Below, piece by piece: positions 1-12,729 of a DNA stretch of 64,000 nt. Location of the stretch: the NCBI GenBank assembly GCA_964016885.1, contig OZ024742.1:286068001-286132000 (forward strand), written 5' to 3'. Below the pieces are notes generated by a model. It ran no database searches and was not told the origin of the DNA. It saw nothing but the letters and a program-made list of their open reading frames with translations. Numbering within the stretch: position 1 is the stretch's first letter; each line of letters begins with the position of its first letter. Origin of the DNA: Eledone cirrhosa (taxonomy: Eukaryota). A program made the position numbers and the translations under genes.

Positions 1-602
1 CCTAGGCCTCTTGCCAGATTTTGCTGTTCAAGTAGGGTGGATTCTGTCAACGTTATAGGTAATGTCTTCAGACCTGTCACCAAGCTTTGGTGTTCAGGTG
101 AGCTTCAGAACCTTCTAGGTGGGCACGCTAATGCAAGGAATGTATTTTAGGACGTTTTGTTTTAATATTTTATTTTCAAAATCTAAAGGTGCATCATTGA
201 AGAGTAGGTGGATATGGTGCCATCTAGTGCACAGCCCCTTCCTTGGCGACGGGCCCGACTGTCCTTTCTCCTCAGGCTAGATTATGAGAAAAAAAAAAGA
301 AAAGAAAATCAAGAAAGAAAGACAGATCATAAAACAGTAACTATAGTAACTATCAATTATTTTTCGACACCAGTTGTTTTCAGAAAGGCTTGAGACAAAA
401 AACAAAATTATAATTCTGCACGTCACGAGACAGACATTCCGGCTACAGTGGCTGTAGTTTTTGTCATGTGCAAGATAAAATAAACTCGAGAATATATTGT
501 CGGCATGTGGGGTGGAATAGGAGAGACAAATAAGTGACTTCTAGCCCCCAGGTACAAAGATAAGATATAAAACCTTATATATACATACACACATACACAC
601 AC

Positions 603-725
<123 letters not shown>

Positions 726-899
726 ATATATGTATTTATAGACACACATATATATTAAACCATGAACAAAAGTATATCTAAGACGATGACGACAAAATTT
801 CACCTAATTCAACAAGAGAGAGAGAGAGAGAGAGAACAGGTAAAAGTGTGTGTGGCTTAATTTCTTGTTCAGAATAAAAAGTGATGTGTCAGTCAAACT

Positions 900-1245
900 T
901 GCCACATTGTCGCCAAGACAGATGTCTTCTAGCATGTCACATTGGCACCAGGACTGATGTTTTCTAGCTTGTCACATTGCCACCAAGACTGATGTCTTAT
1001 AGCATGTCACATTGTCACCAAGACTGATGTCTTCTAACCTGTCACATTGTCGCCAAGACTGATGTCTTCTAGCTTGTCACATTGTCGCCAAGACTGATGT
1101 CGTTAAGCATGTCACATTGTCGCCAAGACTGATGTCTTCTAGCATGTCACATTGTCGCTATGGCTTATTTCTTCTAAAAACACCCAACAGTCCCGCTCTA
1201 TATCAATCTAGTTTGTCACATTGTCACCCAACTGCTGTCTTCTAG
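900..1245. repeat. 35-bp minisatellite (GTCACATTGTCGCCAAGACTGATGTCTTCTAGCAT), about 8-9 degenerate copies
   Basis: Unit read directly, repeated head-to-tail with no spacers. Confidence 0.9.
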
Positions 1246-1323
1246 AAACACCTAACAGTCCCGCTCTGTATAATTTGATCTTCATTGAAGATAATTTAAC
1301 AAAGTTTTGTGTGTATGTATGAT

Positions 1324-1355
<32 letters not shown>

Positions 1356-1427
1356 TGTATGTATGTATGTATGTATGTATGTATGTATGTATGTATGTAT
1401 GTATGTATGGACATCCTGCAGGACTAA

Positions 1428-1882
1428 AAACAAAACCTGTCAAAGGGCAAAGGAGCTCTTAAGAGTCAATGGCCATCCAAAATCACCGAGAGAGATGACT
1501 CCTTAGCCTTTGTCAAGGCAGAATTCTAGGAAAAGGAAAACTCTGATGTAAAACCTGCAACCCTGATGGTATCCAATGATGTTGACTTGTTCTTCTTTTT
1601 GGTAAATATCATCTTGGTTAAGATGAGTTATAGTGCCTTTGCTCACTATAAAAGCTTCACAGCACAGGCATTGCTTTGTATCTGGAGATCTCTCTGCACT
1701 TGTCACATGGTACCATGGGCCCAGCACTATGTGTCAATAATTGTCACAAGTGTAGTGTCTGTACCAGAGTTTTCAAGTCGCTGGCTGGAATAAAAAGTCA
1801 CATTCGTTCAGCGCATCGGTAGGGGTTCTCCTACATGGATATAAAGTAGTGGCCGTACTCGAAAACGAGTTGGCAGCCACCA
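1428..1882. repeat. Dispersed repeat of unknown class inside a (TATG)n microsatellite; second copy at 12911-13281
   Basis: 1528-1882 is closely similar to 12911-13281; both end GAGTTGGCAGCCACCAT at a microsatellite. Confidence 0.75.
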
Positions 1883-2349
1883 TGTATGTATGTATGTATG
1901 TATGTATGTATGTATGTATGTATGTATGTATGTATGTATGTATGTATGTATATGTCAGGTCGCTCATCCAGTGATGTAGACCAGTTCTTTCTTTTAGGTA
2001 AATGCATTCGATGTTCAGAGAGTGCAAAGCTTTTCCTCACTTAAAAAAGCTTCGAGCACAGGCATCGCTTGATATGTAACATTTTTTTTTTGCAGGACTA
2101 AAAGGCCACGTACGTGATGTTCATGCTTAAATATCAAGTGATGGCACTACTCGAAATCGTGTTGCAGCCATCATATGCATGTGTGTACGTAGGTACATGT
2201 ATATGTATGTAATATAAATGATCATAAAATAATCGATGACTATAAATAATAGTTTAGAAAAATCGAGTCAAGAAGCCCAGGGGTCTCTGTAGCGTGGTAC
2301 CACAATCGCCTGGAACTCGGAAGATATATATATATATATATATATATAT

Positions 2350-2583
2350 AACGGCAGTCGACCTACAAGATCACAGGCCTCATGCGCTTAACGAATGGGA
2401 CCTAGGAAACAATGTTTCCATTGGTCTTTCCAATTGCTTATAATATCTGTCGGTAGCAAATCCAGGCAGAAGGAGCAACGTGTAAAATAAAGTGTCTTAC
2501 TCAAGAACCTAACGCATCGCCCGGTCCGAGAATCGAACTCACAACCTCACCATTGCTAATCCAATTCTCTAACCACTCAGCCT
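2350..2583 (-). mobile_element. tRNA-derived CORE-type SINE (degenerate)
   Basis: Minus strand has A box (GCTGAGTGGTTAG), B box (GAGTTCGATTC) and a CORE-like TTGAGTAAGACACTTTATTT segment. Confidence 0.6.
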
Positions 2584-2930
2584 ATATATTGGGTTGTAAC
2601 ATAAATACCCGGTGTTTTTTTTTATTAAGAAGTTGTATAACAACGGCGGGAATTTATGTTACAACCCAATATATCTATGTGTGTGTGTGTGTGTGTGTGC
2701 GTGCGTGTGTATATATTTGTTTTGCTCCTCCCCAAATATAGCAACACACACACACAGATATATATATATATATGTATGTGTATATGTATATATATATATT
2801 AGCACCTCGAACGTTTAATTAGGAATGTACTCAGGTATTTCCTAATGTTTGTTGAGTGAGTTGGAATTTGGCCGGAGTATCGCTATTAGCTTTCTCCGAT
2901 TATGTATTTATATATATATATATATGTATG

Positions 2931-2965
<35 letters not shown>

Positions 2966-2970
<5 letters not shown>

Positions 2971-3373
2971 TAAACGGAATAGAAAATGCTGACAAATTGT
3001 TCACAGTTGAAAAATGGTTTAATTAGGAATAAAAGAGTATTAGTGATTGTATGGGTTAGTATTCAGTTGTGGTTTTAAGTTTTTAAGTTTTTACCGGTTG
3101 CGCATTTCTAAATGTTTTTCAAAAATAATTTTGAGATAGAGTGTCCGTGTTGTTTGACGGACACTCTATCTCAAAATTATTTTTGAAAAGCATTTAGAAA
3201 TGCGCAACCGGTAAAAACTTAAAAACTTAAAACCACAACTGAATACTAACCCATACAATCACTAATACTCTTTTATTCCTAATTAAACCATTTTTCAACT
3301 GTGAACAATTTGTCAGCATTTTCTATTCCGTTTACCAATATATAATAACTTGTGTGTTACACCTCTATTCTTT

Positions 3374-3377
<4 letters not shown>
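2966..3377 (+). mobile_element. PLE pLTR-only insertion forming a palindrome with ~170-bp arms in (TA)n
   Basis: 2966-3137 is the reverse complement of 3158-3338; same sequence at 13324-13748 and 57266-57455. Confidence 0.8.
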
Positions 3378-3445
<68 letters not shown>

Positions 3446-3602
3446 AGATGAACACTAATATAAATATACATGTGTCCGAATTGTACATTCAATTATATTA
3501 CACGTCTCGGAAAAGCTTTTTCCTTAGAGCTATTTAATTGTAAGAGACTATTTTGAGTTTCTAACTCAGTATATATATATATATATCAACTAAAAATTGA
3601 TT

Positions 3603-3639
<37 letters not shown>

Positions 3640-4149
3640 AACATATGAAACAATGACAGGGAATAATTTGTAAAGTTTGTAAGCACACACACAGCTAGGT
3701 AGGTAACTAATTAAAATTTAACTAGAACTTCAAATATAGACACCTTTTAAAATGATTAATCTCCCTTGTATATACGATTTCACCATCAATCGGTAAATCA
3801 CAGTATTCAGACTGTTGTGATTCACCGATTGATGGTGAAATATATTTCTTTATTTAATGAAATATATACAAAGGAGATTAATCATTTTATATATATATAT
3901 ATATATATATACACTATATATATATATATATGTATGAATGTATAAATATATATATGTATGTATGTATAAATATATATATATGTATGTATGTATAAATATA
4001 TATATATGTATGTATAAATATATATATATTGTATATGTATATATATTGTATATGTATATATATATATATAAATATATATATATGTACATATATATATATA
4101 TATATATATGTATGTATAAATATATATATATATATGTATATATATATAT

Positions 4150-4480
4150 TATTATTATAAATGTAAGCTATCGCCGTATTTTGACGAAAGAAATTAAAGA
4201 AATTATTTAACCTGATAGTGGGGTTAAGAACCCTCGGAGAAATGGAAAAAGATGAGTATTGACGTACATGGTGATGTGTTGGTGGAAATGGTAGCACAGT
4301 GGTCTGGATAACCAAAGATGTGGGTTCGACTCCCATGTACGTCAATACTCATCTTTTTCCATTTATCCGAGTGTTCTTAACCCCACTATCAGGCTAAATA
4401 ATTTCTTTAGTCGAAATACGGCGATAGCTTACATTTATAATAATTTCAAACCCGCTCGCTGTTTCGAAAATATTCTTACA
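4150..4480 (+). mobile_element. tRNA-headed short element with an inverted 5' copy of its own tail, inserted in (TA)n
   Basis: 4150-4270 is the reverse complement of 4334-4445 and a tRNA-like cloverleaf sits between them; related copies at 7230-7480 and 29200-29441. Confidence 0.75.
4273..4344 (+). ncRNA. tRNA-like cloverleaf (SINE head/pseudo-tRNA; anticodon loop CTGGATA)
   Basis: Acceptor GATGTGT/GTACGTC-A, D arm GTG..CAC with A box TGGTGGAAATGG, anticodon stem TGGT/ACCA, T arm GTGGG-TTCGACT-CCCAT; T5 run about 10 nt downstream. Confidence 0.65.
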
Positions 4481-4592
4481 TATATATATATATATATATA
4501 TATATGTAAAAGGTAAACAGAAATAACAACACAATCGGTACAGTATATGGAAGGTTTATATTAGGTTAACGCTTGATATAGCAGGAAAAGGG

Positions 4593-4627
4593 TCTTAACG
4601 TTTCGGACGCTAGTCTTTCATCAGAAG
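4593..4627 (-). ncRNA. Minimal type I hammerhead ribozyme in a PLE-like 3' end
   Basis: Minus strand reads CTT-CTGATGA-AAGACTAGCGTCC-GAAA-CG-TT-AAG; related copy at 46918-46951. Confidence 0.65.
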
Positions 4628-4748
4628 AAAGAATGAGAAATAAAATAGATTGAGGGGACGGGCGGGATGGAATTGGAAAAAATGTCTTTAGATAAAAATA
4701 ATAGGTCCATTCATGTTGACATCTCTTATATATATATTTATTTATTTA

Positions 4749-4779
<31 letters not shown>

Positions 4780-5213
4780 TAGAAAAGGTCGGGGCCCGAC
4801 GACTGAGCCTCGCCATTTTGAGAGCTCGTTCCAACATACATATATACAACAGTTGTGATATTTCCCTACAATTTTGATGATGCAATGGTTTATTTTCTTG
4901 ATTTGGAGGACATTTTCAAACTTTATTTAGAAATAAAATAAACACAATGATAAAGGTAATTAACACGATTTGATTAGAAATAACAGGAAATATAATAATT
5001 AGTTATCAGTTAATAAGTTGAAGTTGAGACAAGTTATATATATAGTAACTTCAAGGATGAGTCATATCTTGAGAATATTGTCGCAGTAAATATGTATATA
5101 TATATATGTGTGTGTGTGCCTCCAGTCTCTTTATTCAATAATTATATATATAGAGGTAGATAGATAGATATATGCATATATATTGTTTATACATATGTGT
5201 ATGTATATATGTG

Positions 5214-5245
<32 letters not shown>

Positions 5246-5251
5246 AATATA

Positions 5252-5299
<48 letters not shown>

Positions 5300-5311
5300 T
5301 ATGTGTGTGTG

Positions 5312-5347
<36 letters not shown>

Positions 5348-5450
5348 GAGTTGGCTCTGACGGCCGACCTCTTGCCGTTTCAACAGCAAGTTCAAACTGA
5401 ATCCATTCTGATTTCTATATAAATACATATATATGTATACATATATGTAT

Positions 5451-5549
<99 letters not shown>

Positions 5550-5959
5550 AACAGTTGCAATGACTCTTCAATGTCAACTGATTTTCAAATGAATTTCTAA
5601 GCCAAGTATAGATTTGAGTATATTTAGGGGTTGAGAGGGCGGCGTCGGACAGAATGTTTTGCGGAATTCGTTCTGGCTCTAAGTTCTGAGTTCAAATCTA
5701 GCTGAGGTTAATATTTCCTGTCATGTTTTTGAAGTCGACAAAATAGAATATCAATCCCGTAATGGAATTAATTCTTCCTCTCTCTCTATATATATTTCTC
5801 ATCCTCTCCCCAACACACCTCATGGCTTACTAATAATTTGATTCAACGATCTCACATTCTCACTACCAACTAGTGCCACACTTGAAACACCAAACACCAC
5901 CAGGGGCTAGTAGCGCATACTTTGGGAATCGGTGCAACTCAGAATTGAAATCCTTAATT

Positions 5960-6151
5960 AATTGTTTCTACTTTTCGGCACAAGGCCAGCAATTATCCCA
6001 GTGCATTACTGGTATTTTATTTTATCGACCCCGTAAGGATGAAAGGCAAAGTTAACCTCGAGAGGATTTGAACTGAGACCGCAAAGGGACGTAGCTCTAT
6101 GCTGCAAAGCATGGCGTCCCACCCTCTACCGTAACTGCCAATCCACCTCCC
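5960..6151 (-). mobile_element. tRNA-derived SINE with Meta-like central domain (main SINE family here)
   Basis: B-box-like CAGTTCAAATCC followed by TTTGCCTTTCATCCTTACGGGGTCGATAAAATAAAATACC and tail GCTGGCCTTGTGCC..AGTAGAAAC. Confidence 0.8.
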
Positions 6152-6528
6152 TAATTAATGTGCTCTGGGTACACTTAATGAAATCGGTGTCTTCACTTGT
6201 GCGTTCAAATGGCCACTAGTGCGTTCAAATGGCCACATCACTATAGTAACATACACCTACACATTCATACACACCTAGCGCCAGTCACGTGTAGGATAAA
6301 ATAAAAGCTGACTAATACGAAGTTCATCAATCGATAACCTATTTGACAACCCAGATTATAGTTTCCCAGATAAGACTGATAGGGAGTCTTGCGACACTTA
6401 TCAGTAAGGACTTCGACATACTTTTGCTAACAATCTATATTGTTGTTTAACTTTATTTTTAGTCAGAAGTGTATATACTTTAATTCCTTTACACTTTATA
6501 AAGCACTTAAGCCTATTTATTATATATA

Positions 6529-6632
6529 CAGAGTGGCCCCCAAAATTGTATACACACTTCAACAGCATTATTATAAAAAATATTGCCTGTACAGGTAATC
6601 AAGGTGTTTATACATATTTTGGGGACACCCTG
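6529..6632. mobile_element. Tc1/mariner-type MITE
   Basis: Imperfect TIRs CAGAGTGGCCCCCAAAA / TTTTGGGGACACCCTG flanked by TA. Confidence 0.7.
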
Positions 6633-6642
6633 TATATAATAT

Positions 6643-6831
6643 AATTGTTTCTACTTTAGGCACAAGGCCAGCAATTACCCAGTACATTACTGGTACTTTA
6701 TTTTATCGACCCCGTAAGGATGAAAGGCAAAGTTAACCTCGGCGGGATTTGAACTCAGACTGTAAAGGGACGTTACTATTCTAGAAAGCATGGCGCCCAC
6801 CCCTCTAACGATACTGCCAATTCACCGCCCT
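6643..6831 (-). mobile_element. SINE, same family as 5960-6151
   Basis: Full-length similarity to the other copies. Confidence 0.8.
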
Positions 6832-6983
6832 AATAATAATGTAATATAATATATATATATAATATAATATATATATATATATATATGTATGTATATATGT
6901 ATATATATATGTATATATATATATGTATATATATATATGTATATATATATGTATATATATATATGTATATATATATGTATATA

Positions 6984-7040
<57 letters not shown>

Positions 7041-7051
7041 GTATATATATA

Positions 7052-7092
<41 letters not shown>

Positions 7093-7101
7093 GTATATAT
7101 A

Positions 7102-7146
<45 letters not shown>

Positions 7147-7229
7147 GTATATATATATGTATATATATATATGTATATATATATATGTATATATGTATAT
7201 ATATATGTATATATATATATATATATATA

Positions 7230-7480
7230 TGTAAGAATATTTTCGAAACAGCGAGTTGGTTTGAAATTATTAGAAATGTAAGCTATCGCCGTATTTTGAC
7301 TAAAGAAATTAAAGAAATTATTTAGCCTGATAGTGGTGTTAAGAACCCTCGGAGAAATGGAAAAAGATGAGTATTGACGTACATATATTTATATATATAT
7401 ATATATATAAATATATATGTACGTCAATACTCATCTTTTTCCATTTCTCCGAGGGTTCTTAACCCCACTATCAGGCTAAA
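7230..7480. mobile_element. Inverted pair of tails of the tRNA-headed element, right arm fused to the Hydra pLTR
   Basis: 7320-7384 and 7417-7480 are reverse complements and match 4334-4480. Confidence 0.75.
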
Positions 7481-7717
7481 GAAACATTGTAAGCCAATAA
7501 AAATCTTTTGATGTTGTAGACGCTCTTGTGTTCTTTTTCATATATACGGCTCTGCTCCAAAGCATAGAGCTAATTATTATGCTGCCAATACCTTAATGGG
7601 ACACGGGTATACAATACCTAACTCCTATTAACCTAAGTATTTCTACGGCTCCCCCCGGTTGAGCTAAATCCTTATAACCTGTCCACCTTGTGTGTATGAT
7701 TATAATTGATTGGCAGC

Positions 7718-10253
7718 ATGCTAACTAAAGACTACCTACCTATATCACTCAAGAACATCCCAACCCCATCTAGGACTACTTATGAGAAATTACTGATAGC
7801 TAGTGTCAACTCCTTCGTTAAGCGTATTAGATGGCGCACTTTCCACTTCGATAAGAGAAATAAGAAATCAACCACAGTGTCCCCCAATAACAAATTCGGT
7901 TTTAAAACCTATAGGAGCCCGCCCCATAACTCCATGCTAGATGGATTTGAGAATGACCTCCTATCACTAGTAAGGAATATTAAGTTTAAAAACCCCCATG
8001 GGAATAGCAACGAATTCCGGATGAAACTGGAAACCTTAGTTAAGGACTTTAACGATAAAAGAGATATCCTGGTCACCTCGGATAAAACCAGAAATATTTA
8101 TAGCTTAAATTATGATACGTATCGTAGGTTTATATACAATGAATTAAATAGAAACTATAAAAAGACAAGCGCAAACTTAGATGAAATTAATAAGGAAGCA
8201 TGTGCCATAGTGGATAAACTAGGTCTGGAAAAGTATACCCAACCATATACCCCTAGGCAACCCAGGTTCACCCTTAAAGACCATAAGGCTGACTTCATTA
8301 GTAAACCCTCTGTTAGATTAATTATCCCATCGAAGTCAGATATGGGAATTATCAGTAAGAAAATTTTAGACGGCGTTATACCCACCATCAGGAGGAAAAT
8401 ATATCTAGAGCTATGGGAGAATACGGAAGAGGTTTTGAAATGGTTCTCAAGCCTTAGCAACCATAAATCCCTTAAATTTATACAATTCGACATCGATGCG
8501 TACTACACCTCAATCTCCCCCATACTCCTTAATAAGGCCCTAATCATGGCCATGCAGAAAAGTGACCTCACTAGGTCTCAAATTGATGTCATTCTTGCGG
8601 CCCGGGAAACGATAATCACATTTGAGGATGAATTGTGGACCCGCAAGAATACGCCCAGTAACTTCGACATCACAATGGGATCTAGTGACTCTGCACAAGT
8701 AACGGACCTGGTAGGATTGTACCTCTTAAAGGAGTTACATGAGACATTACCACACTTGAAGGGCGGCTTATACCGTGATGACGCCCTCCTCACTCTCGAG
8801 TATAAAAAGTGCAATATAGAAAGAACTAGGAAACAATTACGTAGGTTCTTTAAAAACTTTAATCTAAGTATTACCATAGATGCAAATGATAAAACAGTAA
8901 ACTTCCTAGACGCCACCCTTGACCTAGAAAGTAAAACATTTTCACCCTACCATAAACCTAACGATAGACTAACATATGTAAACGCCAGCTCTAACCACCC
9001 CAAATCAGTCCTAAACGCTATTCCCAAGGGGGTCTCTAATAGAATTAGCAGACTGTCCTGTAATGAGAGTATCTTCAACTCCAATGCAGAGTATTATGAC
9101 AAGGCCCTAGCAGAATCTGGTTACGGGAGTAGATTATCATATATACATAAGGACTCTCAAACCATGAGTGTGAAACCTACCAACATAATCACACATAGTA
9201 TGGCCACAAAGCCTAACCAACTTAGAGGCAAGAATAATAGTAAGAACCCTAATGGCGGTAACCTAGCTAAATGTAAACCACGTACAGACAATACTAGAGT
9301 CCCCCACCACAACTCTAAAACAGTAAATGATCACGCCATGAATATAAACCATCCGGGCTTAAGCAAAACAGACAATGCCACTAACGTTAATAACGGAACC
9401 CTACAAAATAGTACGCACAGTAGCGAGACTCACCCCACAGATAAGAAAAATAGAAGAAGGAAAAACATGTATTTTAACCCACCTTTTAACTCTGAGGTCC
9501 TCACTAACCTCCCCAGAGTATTCTTCTCATTATTGGAAAAAACTTCCCACCAGGCAATAGATATCGCAACATAATTAACAAAAACGTAATTAAATTATCC
9601 TATTCGACCACACCTAACCTCGCATCACACCTAGCACGCACGAACATTAGGAAAACTAAGGAAGGCTTCGAAGCAATTAAAATGGCAGTTAACCACCAGC
9701 AACCGACTACACTGGAAAATGGGCAACATAATAGCATCAATGAGCCATCTAATGATATAGAGGCACCTAGTGATAATGCTAGTAACCAAACTTCGGGAGG
9801 TAAGCTAACTAATCGAACCCGCAGTTGCAATTGTAGGCGGAGTAGTAACTGTCCCTAAGGGGGGATTGCCTCATGAAAAACATAGTATATGCGTGTGACG
9901 TAACCACACACAACTCTACCAAAACATATATAGGAGCAACGTCCAATACATTTAAAACTAGATTTAACGCGCATATGTACACATTTAGACACGACAGACA
10001 TAAGAATGCCACCTCACTGGCGGGATACATCTCCTTCTTAAAAAATAATAGTACCCCATACAAACTTTTTTGGAGGAAGCTTACTAGATCCACGCCATAC
10101 CGACCGCAGAGCGGAAGTTGTGACCTGTGTTTACTGGAATGCCATGCCATAATACACTCTAAACCGAACCTGCTTAACAGGAAATCGGAAATTTTCTCCT
10201 CTTGCCAACACAAAATCTTGAGTTCCTTCTTCTATTTTAAACCTAGCACATAG
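7718..10253 (+). CDS. PLE (Hydra) reverse transcriptase + GIY-YIG endonuclease, two 1-nt frameshifts (~9540, ~9856)
   Basis: RT motifs LKDHK, QFDIDAYY, MGSSDSA, LYRDD, FLDATL, YHKP; in the shifted frames FPPGNRYRNIIN..KLSYS, CNCRRSSNCP, IVY..YIG, CDLC, SSCQH. Confidence 0.85.
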
Positions 10254-10980
10254 ACGTAACATATATCACGCAACCCCCACCTAGACTATAGCTTCCCCCT
10301 TTCCCCCCAACCCGTAACCCAGATAGATAGGTACCCTAAGGGTGGTACAGTCCCCTACAAGGTTGGTGTTTTTGCGTGTGTGTGTGTGTGTGTGTATTCT
10401 CCTTTTATCTCTCACACGCACACACACACGCAGACATGTGTGGGTGTGCGTGCGTGTGTGCATGCATGCACGCATGTGTGCGTGCAATGTATGCATGTAT
10501 ATTGTATGTATATATATATATGTATATTGTATGCATGCGTATTGTATTGTGTGTATGTGTATATGTGACATGGATGTGAATATATGTATGTATGCGTATG
10601 AGTGTGTATGTGTAAGTGTATGATGTGTGTATGTGTGTGTATGTATACTTTTCTGTAGAAATTCTCTCTATATGTGGTGTGTGGCACGAATTCCTCCTAT
10701 AATACTCTTCTCTGAGAGGAGCACGATATGCAGAGTAACACATATGTATTGTCGAAGTTGAAACTGAGAACCACCACCCCTCCTGCTGACCCAAATGTTT
10801 ACTGAGGACCAGAACACCATTCTCCGCAATATAAGAGCGAAATGCGCTTGCCGGACTATTGATGACCATAACATCACATTCCAAGGTAATGGCAAAACAC
10901 AGTGAATGCTATGCACGACCAGAACACCACAGCATGCATATCCGAGCAACACAGATATAATATCAATAGGGGAATCAACT

Positions 10981-11256
10981 GAATTTTTTGAGTTGAAATA
11001 CATATGGATATGTGTCTGTGTGTATCGGACACACGTACACATAAAGAAGCTGTTGACCTAAATATACCTGTCATGCCTGTCTGAATTCCTAAGGGAATTG
11101 TCGGCCAGTTGCTGTCTTGACCGATTGTAGTACCAGTGGGTGAATCATTTGAGTTTTTTGAGTTGAAATACATATAAATATGTGTCTGTGTGTGTCGGAC
11201 ACACGTACACATAAAGAAGCTGCCGACCTAAATGTGCCTGTCATGCCTGCCTGAAT
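10981..11256. repeat. Direct repeat of ~105 bp with ~170-bp period inside the Hydra 3' region
   Basis: GAxTTTTTTGAGTTGAAATACATAT...CCTGTCATGCCTG at 10981 and 11151. Confidence 0.8.
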
Positions 11257-12200
11257 TTTCGGTCAGTTGCTGACTTGACTGATTAACCCCACAATTACTA
11301 CGTAGCGGTTCTTGCACGTGACTGCTGGACCCGGATGAAACGAAGACGAAGAATTTCCTTGCGTACCGTTTTCTACCACAGATGCGATCTCACCCTGCCT
11401 CGTTAATGTCCTATCGACACCAAAGTTCAACGTTCGGGCGAATAGATTTGAATCCAACCACCAACAACATAGCTGGATGACCGATAATCACACCAAACCG
11501 GAGTACTGTGATCCTTGTGATTTCCAGATATACAACCAACAACCACTGACACTGTTACGAAGGCCAGAAAACCATACTCCATAATATTGAACCAAGTGAT
11601 TGATTTGTGCGACCAAAATAACACCAAACACATATTGAACTAGGAATATTGGATCCTCCGTCAATGTCCGGGTGAGCAAAAATAGATTTCTATCTGCATT
11701 GGAATTTACGAACTTGTGCATCTGCTGTGGTGTCAAAAACAAATGCACATGACCACACAAATAAACAATGGACCATGCCACGTGGCTTGAACCCGTAAGT
11801 GAATTGAAGGTTCTGCAACTCTGATACACAGATTATTTATTATTAAGATGTATAAACTTGACATAACTATTATCATCTTATATTCTCTCAACTAATCACA
11901 CTTGATCATATTTCTCTATCCCGTTTTCTCCCCCATAATTATTATATTTTTTATTATTATTTGAAAAAATAGGTTTTTTTACATTGTGTTTTCCCCTCCA
12001 AATATTCGCTTATATTTCTTTATATATTCTCTATATATTTTTTTATCTTTATTTTTTTATCTTTATTTTTTTATCTTTATTTTTTTATCTTTATTATTTC
12101 CACTTTTATCCTCCTTTATATTTTACCTTATTCTTACTTTTATACCTTATTATAGTGTAATCTTCCCCATGCCTTATTATACACTATTAATTATAGATTA

Positions 12201-12387
12201 AAGGGTGGTGGATTGGCAGTATCGGTAGAGGGTCGGACGCCATGCTTTCCAGCATAGTTACGTCCCTTTACGATCTGAGTTCAAATCCCGCCGAGGTTGA
12301 CTTTGCCTTTCATCCTTACGGGGTCGATAAAATAAAGTACCAGTAATGCACTGGGTAATTGCTGGCCTTGTGCCTAAAGTAGAAACA
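12201..12387 (+). mobile_element. SINE inserted into the Hydra 3' UTR with a 15-bp TSD
   Basis: ATTAATTATAGATTA at 12186-12200 and 12388-12402. Confidence 0.85.
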
Positions 12388-12729
12388 ATTAATTATAGAT
12401 TATTAGTATTACTCTTTTTCCATTTCTAATTACCTCATGTACTTTCTCCTCCGCTATATATATATATATATATTGTATGCCCTTTGTGTTTGTGTAGCCT
12501 CTGCGCACCCTCTGCACCATACTATCGACGCCACCCCATCTATGGTTCAGCTAACCACCCGACTCCCGGGAATGAATATGACCGCAGCTAGTAAACAAAG
12601 ACCCACACCCCACCCTCCCGCACCAAAATTAGACTTATCGTCCCCTACTTTTGCTCTTTACTCTCTTTACTCTTTGTTCTTGAATGTTTGGTTGGTAGAG
12701 TCCATAACACCAATCAAACTCCTTTTATA

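Noticed and set aside
900-1245. CRISPR-like array
   Set aside because: 35-bp units are contiguous with no unique spacers, there are no cas genes, and the context is eukaryotic
4273-4344. Functional tRNA-Ser(GGA) gene
   Set aside because: No long variable arm, several G-U pairs and a mismatch in the stems, and it is embedded in a repeated element
4380-4430. Hammerhead in the tail of the tRNA-headed element
   Set aside because: A stem followed by GAAA is present but there is no CUGANGA box upstream
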